From NCBI GenBank assembly GCA_963847445.1, contig CAWJZV010000030.1, positions 128,001-192,000 of the forward strand: a stretch of 64,000 nt of DNA. Reading direction: 5' to 3'. Below are positions 40,352 to 50,217 of the stretch, one piece after another. How positions within the stretch are numbered: the first letter of the stretch is position 1; every line of letters begins with the position of its first letter. Below the pieces are notes generated by a model that saw nothing but the letters and a program-made list of their open reading frames with translations, was not told where the DNA came from and ran no database searches. Position numbers and translations under genes: made by a program. This DNA is from an uncultured delta proteobacterium (GTDB lineage Bacteria; Desulfobacterota; Binatia; UBA9968).

Positions 40352-41275
40352 ATGAGCGTGGTGTTTTGGAAAGAGCTTGCTGACCACTTTAGCAGCCGAC
40401 GTTTCATGATCCTGCTGATCCTCATCGTCTTTTCCGGGCTTTGGGCGGCTTACGCCACTGGACAAGCGATCCGGGCTAACACCGATACCGTGCCGACGCA
40501 GTATGTTTTTTTGTTGCTGCTGACCTCCAGCGGCGACACGTTATTTTCGCTGGCGACCTTCTTGGGTTTCTTCGGCCCTCTGGTCGGCATCACTCTGGGC
40601 TTCGATTCGATCAGCGGCGAATACGCCCGCGGCACCCTGAGCCGGGTGCTGTCGCAGCCGATCTACCGTGACAGTTTGATCAATGGCAAATTCTTCGCCG
40701 GCTTGACCACCGTCGGGGTGTTATGGGGATCGATTTTACTCCTGGTGATCGGCCTGGGCATAACCCTACTGGGCTTCCCACCCAATGCCGAAGAGCTCTG
40801 GCGCATGATCATCTTCACCATCGTCGGCGTCTTTTACGTCGGCTTCTGGCTGGCGCTGGCAATGCTGTTTTCGTTGCTATTTCAGAAAACCGTCACCGCG
40901 GCGTTAGCTTCGATGGCGGTTTGGCTGTTTCTTTCGCTGTTCATCGCCGTGATCAGCGGCGCCGTCGCCAGCATGGTGGTGCCTGACGCCACCACGCCGG
41001 AAGCGCTGGCGCGTAAATCGGATATTGAAAACATCGTCGGGCGTATCTCGCCCAGCACTTTGTTCAATGAAAGCGTCGGCATTCTGCTCAATCCGGCGGC
41101 GCGGGTATTCGGTATGGCCCTGCAAAGCCAGGCCGAAGGCATCTTGCCGACGCCGCTGGCTCTCGAACAGAGCTTGACCTTGATCTGGCCCCATATCACC
41201 ACGATGTTCGCGCTCGTCGCGGTGTGCTTCGGCATTTCCTACATCATCTTCATGCGCGCCGAGATTCGCGCCTAA
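40352..41275 (+). CDS. ABC-2 type permease
   Basis: VFWKELAD, LGFDSISGE...GTLSRVLSQPIYRDSLINGKF, FMRAEIRA. Confidence 0.92.
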   Translation: MSVVFWKELADHFSSRRFMILLILIVFSGLWAAYATGQAIRANTDTVPTQYVFLLLLTSSGDTLFSLATFLGFFGPLVGITLGFDSISGEYARGTLSRVLSQPIYRDSLINGKFFAGLTTVGVLWGSILLLVIGLGITLLGFPPNAEELWRMIIFTIVGVFYVGFWLALAMLFSLLFQKTVTAALASMAVWLFLSLFIAVISGAVASMVVPDATTPEALARKSDIENIVGRISPSTLFNESVGILLNPAARVFGMALQSQAEGILPTPLALEQSLTLIWPHITTMFALVAVCFGISYIIFMRAEIRA

Positions 41276-41363
41276 AAAGATCCCACGTTCCCGCCGCAAG
41301 TATTTCCAGCGCACAGCTCGTATGTGAGCTTCTACGCAACCATAGCAAATCATTTCATATTGG

Positions 41364-41398
41364 AATCGTTGATAGTTAAACGATTTTCTGTCTAGTAT
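41364..41398 (+). promoter_or_regulatory. Putative promoter with overlapping palindromic operator upstream of ubiD
   Basis: aatcgtt-N8-aacgatt (41364-41385) overlapping TTGATA-18 nt-TAGTAT. Confidence 0.4.
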
Positions 41399-41438
41399 AC
41401 GAAAAATCTTTTTCACGTTAGTTTCGTACGGAGGATTC

Positions 41439-42866
41439 ATGGCTTACACCGATCTGCGCGAGTATGTCTCGGCGCTTGAGAAACATGGCAAGTTGAAGCG
41501 CGTCACCAAGGAAGTCGACAAAGACTGGGAAATCGCCGCGGTCTGCCGCCAGCTATTCAAGAGAATTCCACCGAACAAACGGCCGGCGCTGGTCTTCGAG
41601 AACGTTAAAGGCTTCGATATTCCCGTCGTCGCCGGCGTGCTCGGCGCGTCACGCGAGATTTATGCTCTGGGCCTGCAATCCGAAACGGTCGAAGGCATCA
41701 ACCGTAAATGGGACCACGCCCTGGGCAATCCCATTCCGCCGCGCATGGTTTCAGCCAAGGATGCGCCCTGCAAAGAAAACATCCTGCACGGCAAAGATGT
41801 CGACATCACCAAACTGCCGGTGCCAACCTGGACCGTCGGCGAAGATCCCGCGCCGTTTTTCACTTCACCCTATCTGATCACCAAGGATCCCGAAACCGGC
41901 GTGCGTAACGTCGGCACCTATCGTATGCAAGTCAAAGGGCCGAACAAAACCGGACTACTGATCGGCAAGCGCCAGGATATGGCTTGGCATATGTACAAGA
42001 ACAACGACAAAAACCAACCGACTCCGGTGGCCGTCGTCATCGGCGCCGATCCATCCATCGGCTACGTTTCGGTTTCCAAAATGTCCGACGCATTGGATGA
42101 ATTCGCCGTCGCCGGCGCGCTGCGCGGTGCTGCCGTCGACCTGGTGCCCTGCGAGACCGTGCCTCTCGAAGTTCCGGCCACGGCAGAGATCGTCTTGGAA
42201 GGCGAGATTCCGGCCAATGCATTCGAACACGAAGGACCGTTCGGCGAATACACCGGCTACATGGGACCGGCCGGTAACGAACCGTACTTCAACATCAAAT
42301 GTATGACCTACCGCAACCAACCGCTTTATCAGGCGTTCATCAGCCAGATGCCGCCGTCGGAATCCAGTTGCATCCGCGGTATCGGCCGCGAGTGGCCGTT
42401 GTTCAAGCATCTCAAAGACACGCTGCGAATTCCGATCAAAGATCTGCGCCTAAAAGAAGCCGGCGGCAGCGGCGCCTTTCTGGTCATTTCTCTAAAGAAA
42501 GAGTTCGCCGGCCAAGTGCGTCAGCTGATGTACGGCGCATGGTCGCAACGTACCGGCTTCGGCAAGATTACGGTGATCGTCGACGACGATATCGACGTGT
42601 GGGATGATTTCGCGGTGGATTGGGCGATGAGCTGGCATGTCCGGCCCGACAAAGATGTCTATATCGAACGCGACGTCCAGGCCGTCGGCCTCGACCCATC
42701 CCAGGCCCCCGCCGATGTACTGCAGCATCATCCGAGTCGTTACCTTGGCTCGCGCGTCGCCATCGACGCCACGCGCAAACACAAATATCCGGCGATATCG
42801 CTACCGCCCAAGGAGCATTTGGATTTAGTCGCGAGCCGGTGGAAAGAATATGGGATAGAAGATTAA
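41439..42866 (+). CDS. UbiD family prFMN-dependent decarboxylase
   Basis: PALVFENVKG, RNVGTYRMQ, AEIVLEG, EGPFGEYTGY, VIVDDDID, IDATRK. Confidence 0.95.
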   Translation: MAYTDLREYVSALEKHGKLKRVTKEVDKDWEIAAVCRQLFKRIPPNKRPALVFENVKGFDIPVVAGVLGASREIYALGLQSETVEGINRKWDHALGNPIPPRMVSAKDAPCKENILHGKDVDITKLPVPTWTVGEDPAPFFTSPYLITKDPETGVRNVGTYRMQVKGPNKTGLLIGKRQDMAWHMYKNNDKNQPTPVAVVIGADPSIGYVSVSKMSDALDEFAVAGALRGAAVDLVPCETVPLEVPATAEIVLEGEIPANAFEHEGPFGEYTGYMGPAGNEPYFNIKCMTYRNQPLYQAFISQMPPSESSCIRGIGREWPLFKHLKDTLRIPIKDLRLKEAGGSGAFLVISLKKEFAGQVRQLMYGAWSQRTGFGKITVIVDDDIDVWDDFAVDWAMSWHVRPDKDVYIERDVQAVGLDPSQAPADVLQHHPSRYLGSRVAIDATRKHKYPAISLPPKEHLDLVASRWKEYGIED

Positions 42867-42877
42867 ACAGCTTCGCG

Positions 42878-42973
42878 GTTCCAACAGTTCCAAACGTTCC
42901 AGCGGTTCCAGTCGTTGTCCGGCCGGTTCCGAAAACGGTTTGAACGGCTTGAACGTTTGGAACGACTGGAACG
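42878..42973. repeat. 9-bp periodic tandem-inverted repeat between convergent genes
   Basis: GTTC at 42878, 42887, 42896, 42905; GAAC at 42942, 42951, 42960, 42969. Confidence 0.85.
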
Positions 42974-42974
42974 C

Positions 42975-43488
42975 TTATGCGCGGTTTCCGCGCATAAGCT
43001 TGGCCGCGGCCATGATCGACTCGATAATCTTCTTATAGCCGGTGCAACGGCAAAGGTTGCCGTGCATGAAGTGCTTCAGCTCTTCTTCAGTCGGGTTGGG
43101 ATTTTCATCCAACAACGCCTTCGACGCTAACAGCATTCCCGGAGTGCAAAAGCCGCACTGAAAGCCGCCATGCTCGATGAACGCTTCCTGGAGCGGATGG
43201 AGCTTGCCGTCGTCGAGCGAGTCCCTCGATCGTCATAACCGAACGGCCGCGTACTTCAAAGGCCAAAGTCGTGCAAGCGCTCACCGGCCGGCCGTCAACC
43301 AATAAGGTGCAGGCACCGCACACCTGCACGTCGCAGGAGCGCTTGGCACCGGTCAGACCTAAACGATCGCGCACAACATCGAGCAATAGCTCGTTGGGTT
43401 CGACCTCGATTTCTTGCAATCTGCCGTTGACGGTAAAGGACACCGGAATGGTTTGCGCCTCGGCATGCCGGGTCATGGATTTGGACAT
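42975..43488 (-). CDS. coxS: CoxS-like [2Fe-2S] subunit of a molybdoenzyme (frameshift ~43210)
   Basis: GAKRSCDVQVCGACT...SACT; second half QCGFCTPGML...NLCRCTGY in another frame. Confidence 0.9.
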
Positions 43489-43534
43489 GAGGAGATCTCC
43501 TGATTCTATTCACTCGGCAATCGCCAAGCATTAA

Positions 43535-44386
43535 TCAGCTGACGATGCTGTTAAACGCGCGCTTCAACAATACGCCGACGATATGCTCTTTGTAATCTTG
43601 CGCGCCATGCAGGTCGCTGATCGCCTCTGAAGCACGACCAGCGATGGCCCCGGCCTGCGGCAACAGAGCCACCGCCTCATCCTTGCTCTTGCCGGTCAGT
43701 AAAGCTTCAGCTTCGGCGACGCGCTTAGGCGCCGGACCGGCGCAGCCAACGGCGATCTTGACATCGTCCACCGTCGTGCCGTTGAACGTTAACGCCACTG
43801 CAACACCGACACTAGGCCGTTCCAAATAGCCGAATTTGAGGTAGGCGCTACGGCTGTTGGCACTGGGCGCGGGCAGGTGGATTTCGGTAAGAAATTCATC
43901 GCCTTGCAGTGAAGTCTCATAAGCGTCGACAAAAAAATTCTCGGCAGCGATCTCGCGCTTGCCGGCGGACTTCTCGGCGATCATTTTAGCGCCCAGCGCC
44001 ATCAACAAGGTTCCCGGATCGGCGTGGGGCTCGGCAAAGCACAGATTGCCGCCGATCGAGCCGGCTTGGCGCACGCGCACGTTGGCAACGTTTTGCTCGA
44101 GCTTGACCAGCGACGGCAATTTCTCTTGCAACAGCGATGAGGTTTCCAGCTGGTGGTGGGTGCATAAGGCGCCGATCTTGATCGAACCGTTATCTCCGGC
44201 CACTTCGCCGAAGCCCTTGAGCTGCTTGACGTTGATCAACCGTTCGTAGTGAACCAGTCCTTCCTTCATCGCCAACAAGAGCTCGGTGCCGCCGGCGTAG
44301 ATCTTCGCACTGTCGCCGAAGCGGCCGAGCAGTTCGGAGACTTCCGCGGCACTTTCGGGTTCTTCCAATCGAAACCTTCTGAGCAT
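43535..44386 (-). CDS. coxM: CoxM-like FAD-binding subunit
   Basis: YAGGTELL, IGALCTH, ANVRVRQAGSIGGNLC, SDLHG. Confidence 0.92.
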   Translation of the reverse strand: MLRRFRLEEPESAAEVSELLGRFGDSAKIYAGGTELLLAMKEGLVHYERLINVKQLKGFGEVAGDNGSIKIGALCTHHQLETSSLLQEKLPSLVKLEQNVANVRVRQAGSIGGNLCFAEPHADPGTLLMALGAKMIAEKSAGKREIAAENFFVDAYETSLQGDEFLTEIHLPAPSANSRSAYLKFGYLERPSVGVAVALTFNGTTVDDVKIAVGCAGPAPKRVAEAEALLTGKSKDEAVALLPQAGAIAGRASEAISDLHGAQDYKEHIVGVLLKRAFNSIVS

Positions 44387-44387
44387 G

Positions 44388-44840
44388 TCACTTGTCTCCC
44401 TCTAAGGTCGATTTAACCGCCTGAGCGAACTCATCGAGGACTTGATCGGCCTTTCGTTTGATAATGCCATGGCCGAGGGCGGCGAGCTTGCCCAAGATAT
44501 CCACTCCGGCGATAAAACTCACCACGGTCTTGTTGTCTTCCTCGCGCAGATTGACGTCGAGAGCGATTTTCATACGGCTGCCGATCTTGTTGTCGGCACC
44601 GGAGGCCTGAGCTTTGATGTGGGTCAGTTCTTCGCGCTCCAAGACTTCGATGGTCGTCGGAAACTCGACCTTGAAAGGTCCGACCCGCTCGACCATGGTC
44701 GCCGAATAGCGTTTGCCCTCTTCGACGGTTTTCGCGTCTTTACAGCCCGGCACGCAGGCGATAAAGCGGTCGATATCCCAGATAAAGTTCCAAACCTTTT
44801 GGCGCGGCGCGAGAATTTCTACTTGTTTTTCAAACTGCAA
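44388..44840 (-). CDS. coxG: CoxG/SRPBCC family protein
   Basis: TTG start after GGAGG; KVWNF...CVPGC...VGPFK...GKLAALGHGII. Confidence 0.88.
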   Translation of the reverse strand: MQFEKQVEILAPRQKVWNFIWDIDRFIACVPGCKDAKTVEEGKRYSATMVERVGPFKVEFPTTIEVLEREELTHIKAQASGADNKIGSRMKIALDVNLREEDNKTVVSFIAGVDILGKLAALGHGIIKRKADQVLDEFAQAVKSTLEGDK

Positions 44841-44962
44841 ATACGTTCCTCCGAATGACGATCTAATTTTGCTATCAAATGGCGCCGATCCACGCAAGCG
44901 AACCGGACAAATTTCACGCACAGGGTCGATAGATTGTGGCAGGCGGAGCAAGTTTGCTACCG

Positions 44963-45946
44963 TCAGCTCGCGCCGCTGATGTCGGTGGCATCTTTGAGTT
45001 CCTTGCTCAGATAAGTCTTTAATTTTTTCTTGACGCGCTCTTCGATTTGGCGCACGCGCTCGCGGCTGATGCCATATTTATCGCCGATTTCGCGCAGGGT
45101 ACGCGGGTCTTCGTTGAGCAAACGCTCGCGGTAAATCATCAGCTCCTTGTCTTTCAAACCCTTGGCGAACTGTTCCATTTTTTCGCGCAGCATCTGCTGG
45201 TACTGGTTTTCGGCGTATTCTTCTTCCGGATTCTGCTTATTGTCGGGTAGGAAGTGCAGCAGCGTCGCTTCGCCCTCGTCGCCGACGGGCATGTCCACCG
45301 ACAGGTCCCGGCTGGCCAAACGCTGCTCCATCTCGATGACTTCGTCTTCCTTGACGTTCAAGCGCTCGGCTATCAGCTTCGGTCCCACCGTCAAGCCCTC
45401 GGCCTCGATACGGGTTTTTTCCTTCTGCAGATTGAAAAACAGTTTACGCTGGGCTTGCGTGGTGCCAATCTTGACCATGCGCCAATCGTTCATGATGTAG
45501 CGGATCATGTAGGCGCGAATCCACCAGACCGCATAGGATGGGAAGCGCACGCCGCGGTAAGGATCGAAGTTCTTCACCGCTTCCATGAGCCCCATGTTGC
45601 CTTCCTGCACCAAGTCGAGCAGCGTCTTGAAGGATTTTTGGTACTCGCGGGCGATCATGACGACCAGGCGCAGGTTGGCGGTGACAAGTTTGTAGGCCGC
45701 TTCAATATTACCAAACTCTTTGTATTCGACCGCAAGCTTATGCTCTTCCTCACGGCTGAGCACCGCAAAGCGGCGGATCTCGGCGAGATAACGTTGCAGA
45801 GGGTCGAACGGCACCAGCGCCTTGCGGCTGCTGTCCGGTTCTTCCTCGTCGACGATTTTGGGCAGGTCGAATTCGGCGAAGGAGAGCTCGTTTTGGGGAG
45901 TTTTATCTTCTTCGACCATGAGCGGCGTCAATGCCCTCCCCACCAA
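44963..45946 (-). CDS. rpoH: RNA polymerase sigma factor, RpoH (sigma-32) family
   Basis: LVTANLRLVV, DLVQEGNMGL, YAVWWIRA, RpoH box QRKLFFNL, ISRERVRQIE. Start may be 45919. Confidence 0.93.
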   Translation of the reverse strand: MVGRALTPLMVEEDKTPQNELSFAEFDLPKIVDEEEPDSSRKALVPFDPLQRYLAEIRRFAVLSREEEHKLAVEYKEFGNIEAAYKLVTANLRLVVMIAREYQKSFKTLLDLVQEGNMGLMEAVKNFDPYRGVRFPSYAVWWIRAYMIRYIMNDWRMVKIGTTQAQRKLFFNLQKEKTRIEAEGLTVGPKLIAERLNVKEDEVIEMEQRLASRDLSVDMPVGDEGEATLLHFLPDNKQNPEEEYAENQYQQMLREKMEQFAKGLKDKELMIYRERLLNEDPRTLREIGDKYGISRERVRQIEERVKKKLKTYLSKELKDATDISGAS

Positions 45947-46045
45947 AGACCGTGATCTAGTGGCTCACGCCAAGGCCTCGATTCGATCTAGGCAAATAGA
46001 TCTCAAGTCCGGCTCGACCGCGGTGGTTGAGGTAGGTTTTGGGAA

Positions 46046-46240
46046 CTAGGGGTTTTCCGGCACCTTGCGTACTTTGCCGGCGGCGATTTCACGTAGAGCG
46101 ACGACGACTTCGCGATTCTCGGAATCGATCAGCGGCCTAGCACCTTTGAGTAGATGGCGAGCCCGCTTCGAAGCCAACAACACCAACTCAAACCGATTCG
46201 TGACCTTTTCCAAACAGTCTTCGACGGTGATCCGTGACAT
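46046..46240 (-). CDS. rpoZ: RNA polymerase omega subunit
   Basis: [28 protein letters not shown]...VALREIAAG; AGGAG RBS. Confidence 0.96.
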   Translation of the reverse strand: MSRITVEDCLEKVTNRFELVLLASKRARHLLKGARPLIDSENREVVVALREIAAGKVRKVPENP

Positions 46241-46411
46241 TAGAATCTCCTAATCAAACACCAGGAGATTCAAACAGATTTTTGCGCCAAAATCAATGAA
46301 GTTGGCCGTGAAAGGGTCCAGGACCGCCCACTGCAACGCATTGTAGAAGCGGCCATGCGCGGAACTCGAGGTGCTAGATGACTCGGAGAGGGACAACGCT
46401 AAATCGATAAT

Positions 46412-46618
46412 CTAATGCTCAGTTAGGGCGTAGCACTTGCTCTTGGCAAAGGCCATGTCGAGGGCCATTCCGGTCACCACGGCTTGCCAGGCTTCGTCCT
46501 CGGAAAGGCCCCGACCCTTGATCGACCGCCAGAGATAAATGATCTCTTCCTCGGTTACGTTGTCAAATAGATCCGGATCCCGCTGGTTCAGTAAGGCAAT
46601 CTCATCGGTACGTAACAT
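46412..46618 (-). CDS. Small hypothetical protein (68 aa)
   Basis: Intact ORF preceded by a sigma54-like promoter. Confidence 0.55.
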   Translation of the reverse strand: MLRTDEIALLNQRDPDLFDNVTEEEIIYLWRSIKGRGLSEDEAWQAVVTGMALDMAFAKSKCYALTEH

Positions 46619-46662
46619 GACAGTATGGAACCACCTTTGGAATATGATGGCTCGATCTAAGG

Positions 46663-46679
46663 AGCAATTGGCGGGCCAA
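46663..46679 (-). promoter_or_regulatory. Sigma54 (-24/-12) promoter
   Basis: Minus strand TTGGCCCGCCAATTGCT, with correct GG-N10-GC spacing. Confidence 0.6.
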
Positions 46680-46795
46680 TCAACTAACTAGCTGAAACTG
46701 CGTAGTTTGGCTACAAAACGGTTGACTAACGCCGTCTGAATGGGCATAGTTTTGTTTAATCGGAGCGCAAAACATGTCAAACCGGCAGGGAAACT

Positions 46796-47212
46796 TCAGC
46801 TGTCACGAGTCAATCGATCACCGCGATCGCGGAAATCTCCAAGCATGCAATCGGGATTGTACAGGCGCTTGACTTCGACCAGCGTAATAGCTGGAAAGTA
46901 TTTACCGAACACCGCGCGATAGGCCCTACCTAAAGGCTTGTTGTTATTCCAATAGGCTTCCAGTTGCGTCACATAAATAGTCAACACGGCGTATTGATTG
47001 GGTTTGCCGCCTACCGACTCTATAGCGGTCTTGAGATTACTCATGACCTGGGTGAATTGCGCAACGAAATCGCCCTTCCCTACCACCTGGCCATGGACAT
47101 CGAAGGGCGCTTGGCCGGCGATATGGACCACGGTGCCGCCGGTGATCTTAGCGACATGAGCGTATCCGACAGGGGGTTCCAGTCCGGCTGGGTTGATCAG
47201 TTCGAAGGGCAT
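46796..47212 (-). CDS. RidA/YjgF family protein (3' end probably frameshifted)
   Basis: PPVGYAH, HIAGQ, QVMSNL, FGKYFPAITLVEVKRL. Confidence 0.88.
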   Translation of the reverse strand: MPFELINPAGLEPPVGYAHVAKITGGTVVHIAGQAPFDVHGQVVGKGDFVAQFTQVMSNLKTAIESVGGKPNQYAVLTIYVTQLEAYWNNNKPLGRAYRAVFGKYFPAITLVEVKRLYNPDCMLGDFRDRGDRLTRDS

Positions 47213-47235
47213 GGGTCACTCCGTGATTAGCTAGC

Positions 47236-48251
47236 CTAGCCGAGAGCAGTTGTCACAGCCGGGCTCCAGTAGTCGATAAAACTCTTCATCTCGCTGACGA
47301 CATCATCTGAAGCCGCGACATAGGGTAAGATCACACGAGTCGCGCCGGCTTCGACATAAGGCTTAATTTGCTCGACTACTTGCGGCGCCGAGGTCGCGGC
47401 GATCAACGGCAAGCTCGCGAACATGCGGTCGGAAACCAGCTTGCGCGCGGCGTGAAATCCGCCGGACTTCCAGGCCCCGCGCATGGCTTCGACTTCACCA
47501 GCAAAACCCATCCGGCGAAAAGATCGCGATAATAGTCGGCGAGCGCGTAGTAGGTCAGCGCATGGCTCAGCGCTTCGCGGGCGGTGTCATAGTTGGGCGC
47601 GATCGAGCAGCGAATCTTGCAGATGATCTCCATCTGCGCCGGATCCTTGCCGGCTTCCATCGCTCCTGCCCGCACCTCAGCGGCGATGCGGCGAATCTCC
47701 GTCGGATTCGCCATGTTGATCAAGACCCCATCGGCGATGCGGCCGGCAAGCCGAGTCATCTGCGAACCGAACGCGGCCAGATAAATCGGTATGGTTCGGC
47801 CCGAAGGCTTGAACGCCATCTTGAAGTTCTGCGCCGTGAAATACTTGCCGTCGAAGGCGAGTTTTTCGCCGCGCATCGCCGCCCGAACAATTTCGATGTA
47901 CTCGCGCACGCGCCCAAGCGGATGATCGAAGGTTTGGCCATGCCATTTAGCGATGGTTGGATTGGACGAGCCGATGCCCAGTAAAAATCGCCCGCCGGTC
48001 AGTTCGTCGAGCCCCATCGCCTGCAACGCCAAGGTCGCCGGCGTGCGGCCGAGAATATGATAAATCGCCGAGCCGACTTTCAGTTGCCGGGTCACCGCCG
48101 CCATCGCCGACAGCATCACCGTCGGATCCTTGTTATTCGCTTCACCGCCCCAGGCACAGTCAAAGCCATGCGCTTCAGCTCGGCGTGCCAGCTCAGGGAT
48201 GGCGTCCATCGGCAGTTGGGCGCCGGAATTGAATTCGATATCGATCTTCAT
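47236..48251 (-). CDS. LLM-class flavin/F420-dependent oxidoreductase (frameshift ~47515)
   Basis: AEAHGFD, RTPATLA...LDELTGGRFLLGIG, IPIYLAA, AGRIADG. Confidence 0.9.
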
Positions 48252-48272
48252 GATGCTGTCAACAAGGCCAGA

Positions 48273-48879
48273 TTAGCTGTAGCTCGCCGGCAGATTGGTC
48301 CTGAAGATCTCGATCTTCTCCGACTTCTCGATATGGCGCATGAAGCGGTATTTATTTTCGACCTCGTCGATGGGAAACGGCGGCACCGCGGTTCTTTCGG
48401 TGCTGACTTTAGCGCCGATGAAGCAGAGTTCGTTGCCACGTAACCCGGCTGCCGCCGCCTTGGCGAACTCGTCAATTGTATTCGCCCATCGAGAATTCTT
48501 GATCCCCGCGGCGCGCGCGATGGCGACGAGATCGGTGCCCGCGCCGGTGGCGGTTGTCTTATTGCCCGATGCTTCGTAGACTTCATTGTCGAAGACAATG
48601 TGAACAAGATTGGTTGGCCGCATCCGCGCGATCGTCGGCAGCGAACAAAGATTCATCAACAATGAGCCATCGCCGTCGAGCGCGACCACTTTACGATGCG
48701 GCAATCCCAGCGCCATGCCTAGGGCGATCGATGAGCACAGTCCTAACGTGCGCACACGGAAATTGCCGTCACTCGGATGGAGCGCAGTTCCATTCCAACG
48801 TCATGGCGCCGGCGGAACTCACCACCAGGGCATCTTTCACTTCAGCCGCGAGAGCAATTAGGCAATCGTATCGTTTCAT
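48273..48879 (-). CDS. Sulfopyruvate/phosphonopyruvate decarboxylase beta-like TPP subunit (frameshift ~48790)
   Basis: MKRYDCL...LGLCSSIALGMAL...LDGDGSLLMNL...FDN (ComE-like). Confidence 0.85.
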
Positions 48880-48895
48880 GGTCGTGACAAAATCT

Positions 48896-49417
48896 TTACA
48901 GCGACTTTAACGCCGGGCGCCGTCCCAGCACTTCTTTGGTCAGTAACAGAGCGATCGGTTTTTTGCCGTCTTCGGCGAGGATCTGCGCACGCTTGATTAG
49001 CTCCGGCGCATCGCCAATGTCGCGCATGACATAGTAGCGAATCCCCAGCGCTTGCAGCACCGGCTCGGTCATACTGCCGGTGCTGGCGAACGTCCGGTCG
49101 CCGATATCGCCGGCGTAATAAATCAACAGCAATACCGGGATTTGATACTGCAAAAGAGTGCTGACGATGGCGTTATTGCTGTTGAAAAAACCGCCGTTCT
49201 GCATGATCGCGGCGCATTTCTTACCGACCAAATAGCCGCCGGCGCAGATGCCCATGCCCTCTTCCTCGCGGCAAAGCGGCACGTGAATCACATCCTTGGC
49301 GTCTTCAACTTCGCGCAACAAATCGGACAGATTGATATCGGGCAACGTGGCGATGAGGCCGATGCCCGCGTCTTTCAATCCGTTGACGAGTATTTTTGCC
49401 GATTCCGCAGCAGTCAT
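48896..49417 (-). CDS. Sulfopyruvate/phosphonopyruvate decarboxylase alpha-like subunit
   Basis: TLPDINL, CREEEGMGICAGGYL, MQNGGFFN, YQIPVLL (ComD-like). Confidence 0.87.
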   Translation of the reverse strand: MTAAESAKILVNGLKDAGIGLIATLPDINLSDLLREVEDAKDVIHVPLCREEEGMGICAGGYLVGKKCAAIMQNGGFFNSNNAIVSTLLQYQIPVLLLIYYAGDIGDRTFASTGSMTEPVLQALGIRYYVMRDIGDAPELIKRAQILAEDGKKPIALLLTKEVLGRRPALKSL

Positions 49418-49580
49418 TGAAGCAAGTTCCTCTATTTCACCGAGCCGTTCTCCGCTTAACATCAATGGTAGAGTACTTCAAGCAAGCGCGCTGGTTGAGA
49501 CGGCACTTTTCCTTTGGCCGGTTTCCTAGTATAAGTGCGGCGTGTCGAACCAACTATTCTAACCTGCGAGGAGCCTAACC

Positions 49581-50183
49581 ATGATCAAGCTTTACGATTT
49601 CAAGTCATCGCCCAACTGCCAACGCGTCAAAGTCGTTTTGGCGGAAAAGAATCTGCCCTACGAAATTGTCCCGGTGGATTTGACGAAAAAGGAACAGAAG
49701 AATCCCGAATATTTGAAAATGAACCCCTACGGCAAAGTGCCGGTGCTGACCGACGATAGCACGGTGCTGTACGAGTCGCTGATCATCAATGAGTACTTGG
49801 AGGAAAAATATCCGGCGACCTCGCTGCTGCCCAAGGACCCAGCCAAGAAAGCCAAGGCGCGCATCCTAACCGACTACGGCATGGCCCATTTCGACAGCCC
49901 CTATCAGAAACTGCGCATGGAGCTGATGAAAGAAGCCAAGGAGCAGAGCCAGCCGATCATCGACGGCGCCAAGGCGGATTTGAAAAAACTCTTGCAGCGG
50001 TTCGAAGACGAGCTCGGCGAGCAACAGTATCTGCTCGGCGACTTCTCACTGGTCGACGCCAACCTGATCCCGCGCTTCACCCGCTTGGAAGGTTTCGGCA
50101 TCCTGCCCGACGCGTCGCTGCCGCGGCTGGGCAAATACATGGAACGCATGAAAGCGCGTCCCTCGGTCAAAGCGCTACTGTAA
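49581..50183 (+). CDS. Glutathione S-transferase family protein
   Basis: SPNCQRV, MNPYGKVPVL, ESLIINEYL, GDFSLVD. Confidence 0.94.
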   Translation: MIKLYDFKSSPNCQRVKVVLAEKNLPYEIVPVDLTKKEQKNPEYLKMNPYGKVPVLTDDSTVLYESLIINEYLEEKYPATSLLPKDPAKKAKARILTDYGMAHFDSPYQKLRMELMKEAKEQSQPIIDGAKADLKKLLQRFEDELGEQQYLLGDFSLVDANLIPRFTRLEGFGILPDASLPRLGKYMERMKARPSVKALL

Positions 50184-50217
50184 AACCAGGAAGTTTGCCA
50201 GCGATCTAGACCTCCAC

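Noticed and set aside
42878-42973. Periodic repeats as a CRISPR or other guide-RNA array
   Set aside because: Units are only 9 bp with 4-5 copies per arm, there are no 20-40 bp unique spacers, and no cas or other effector gene is nearby.
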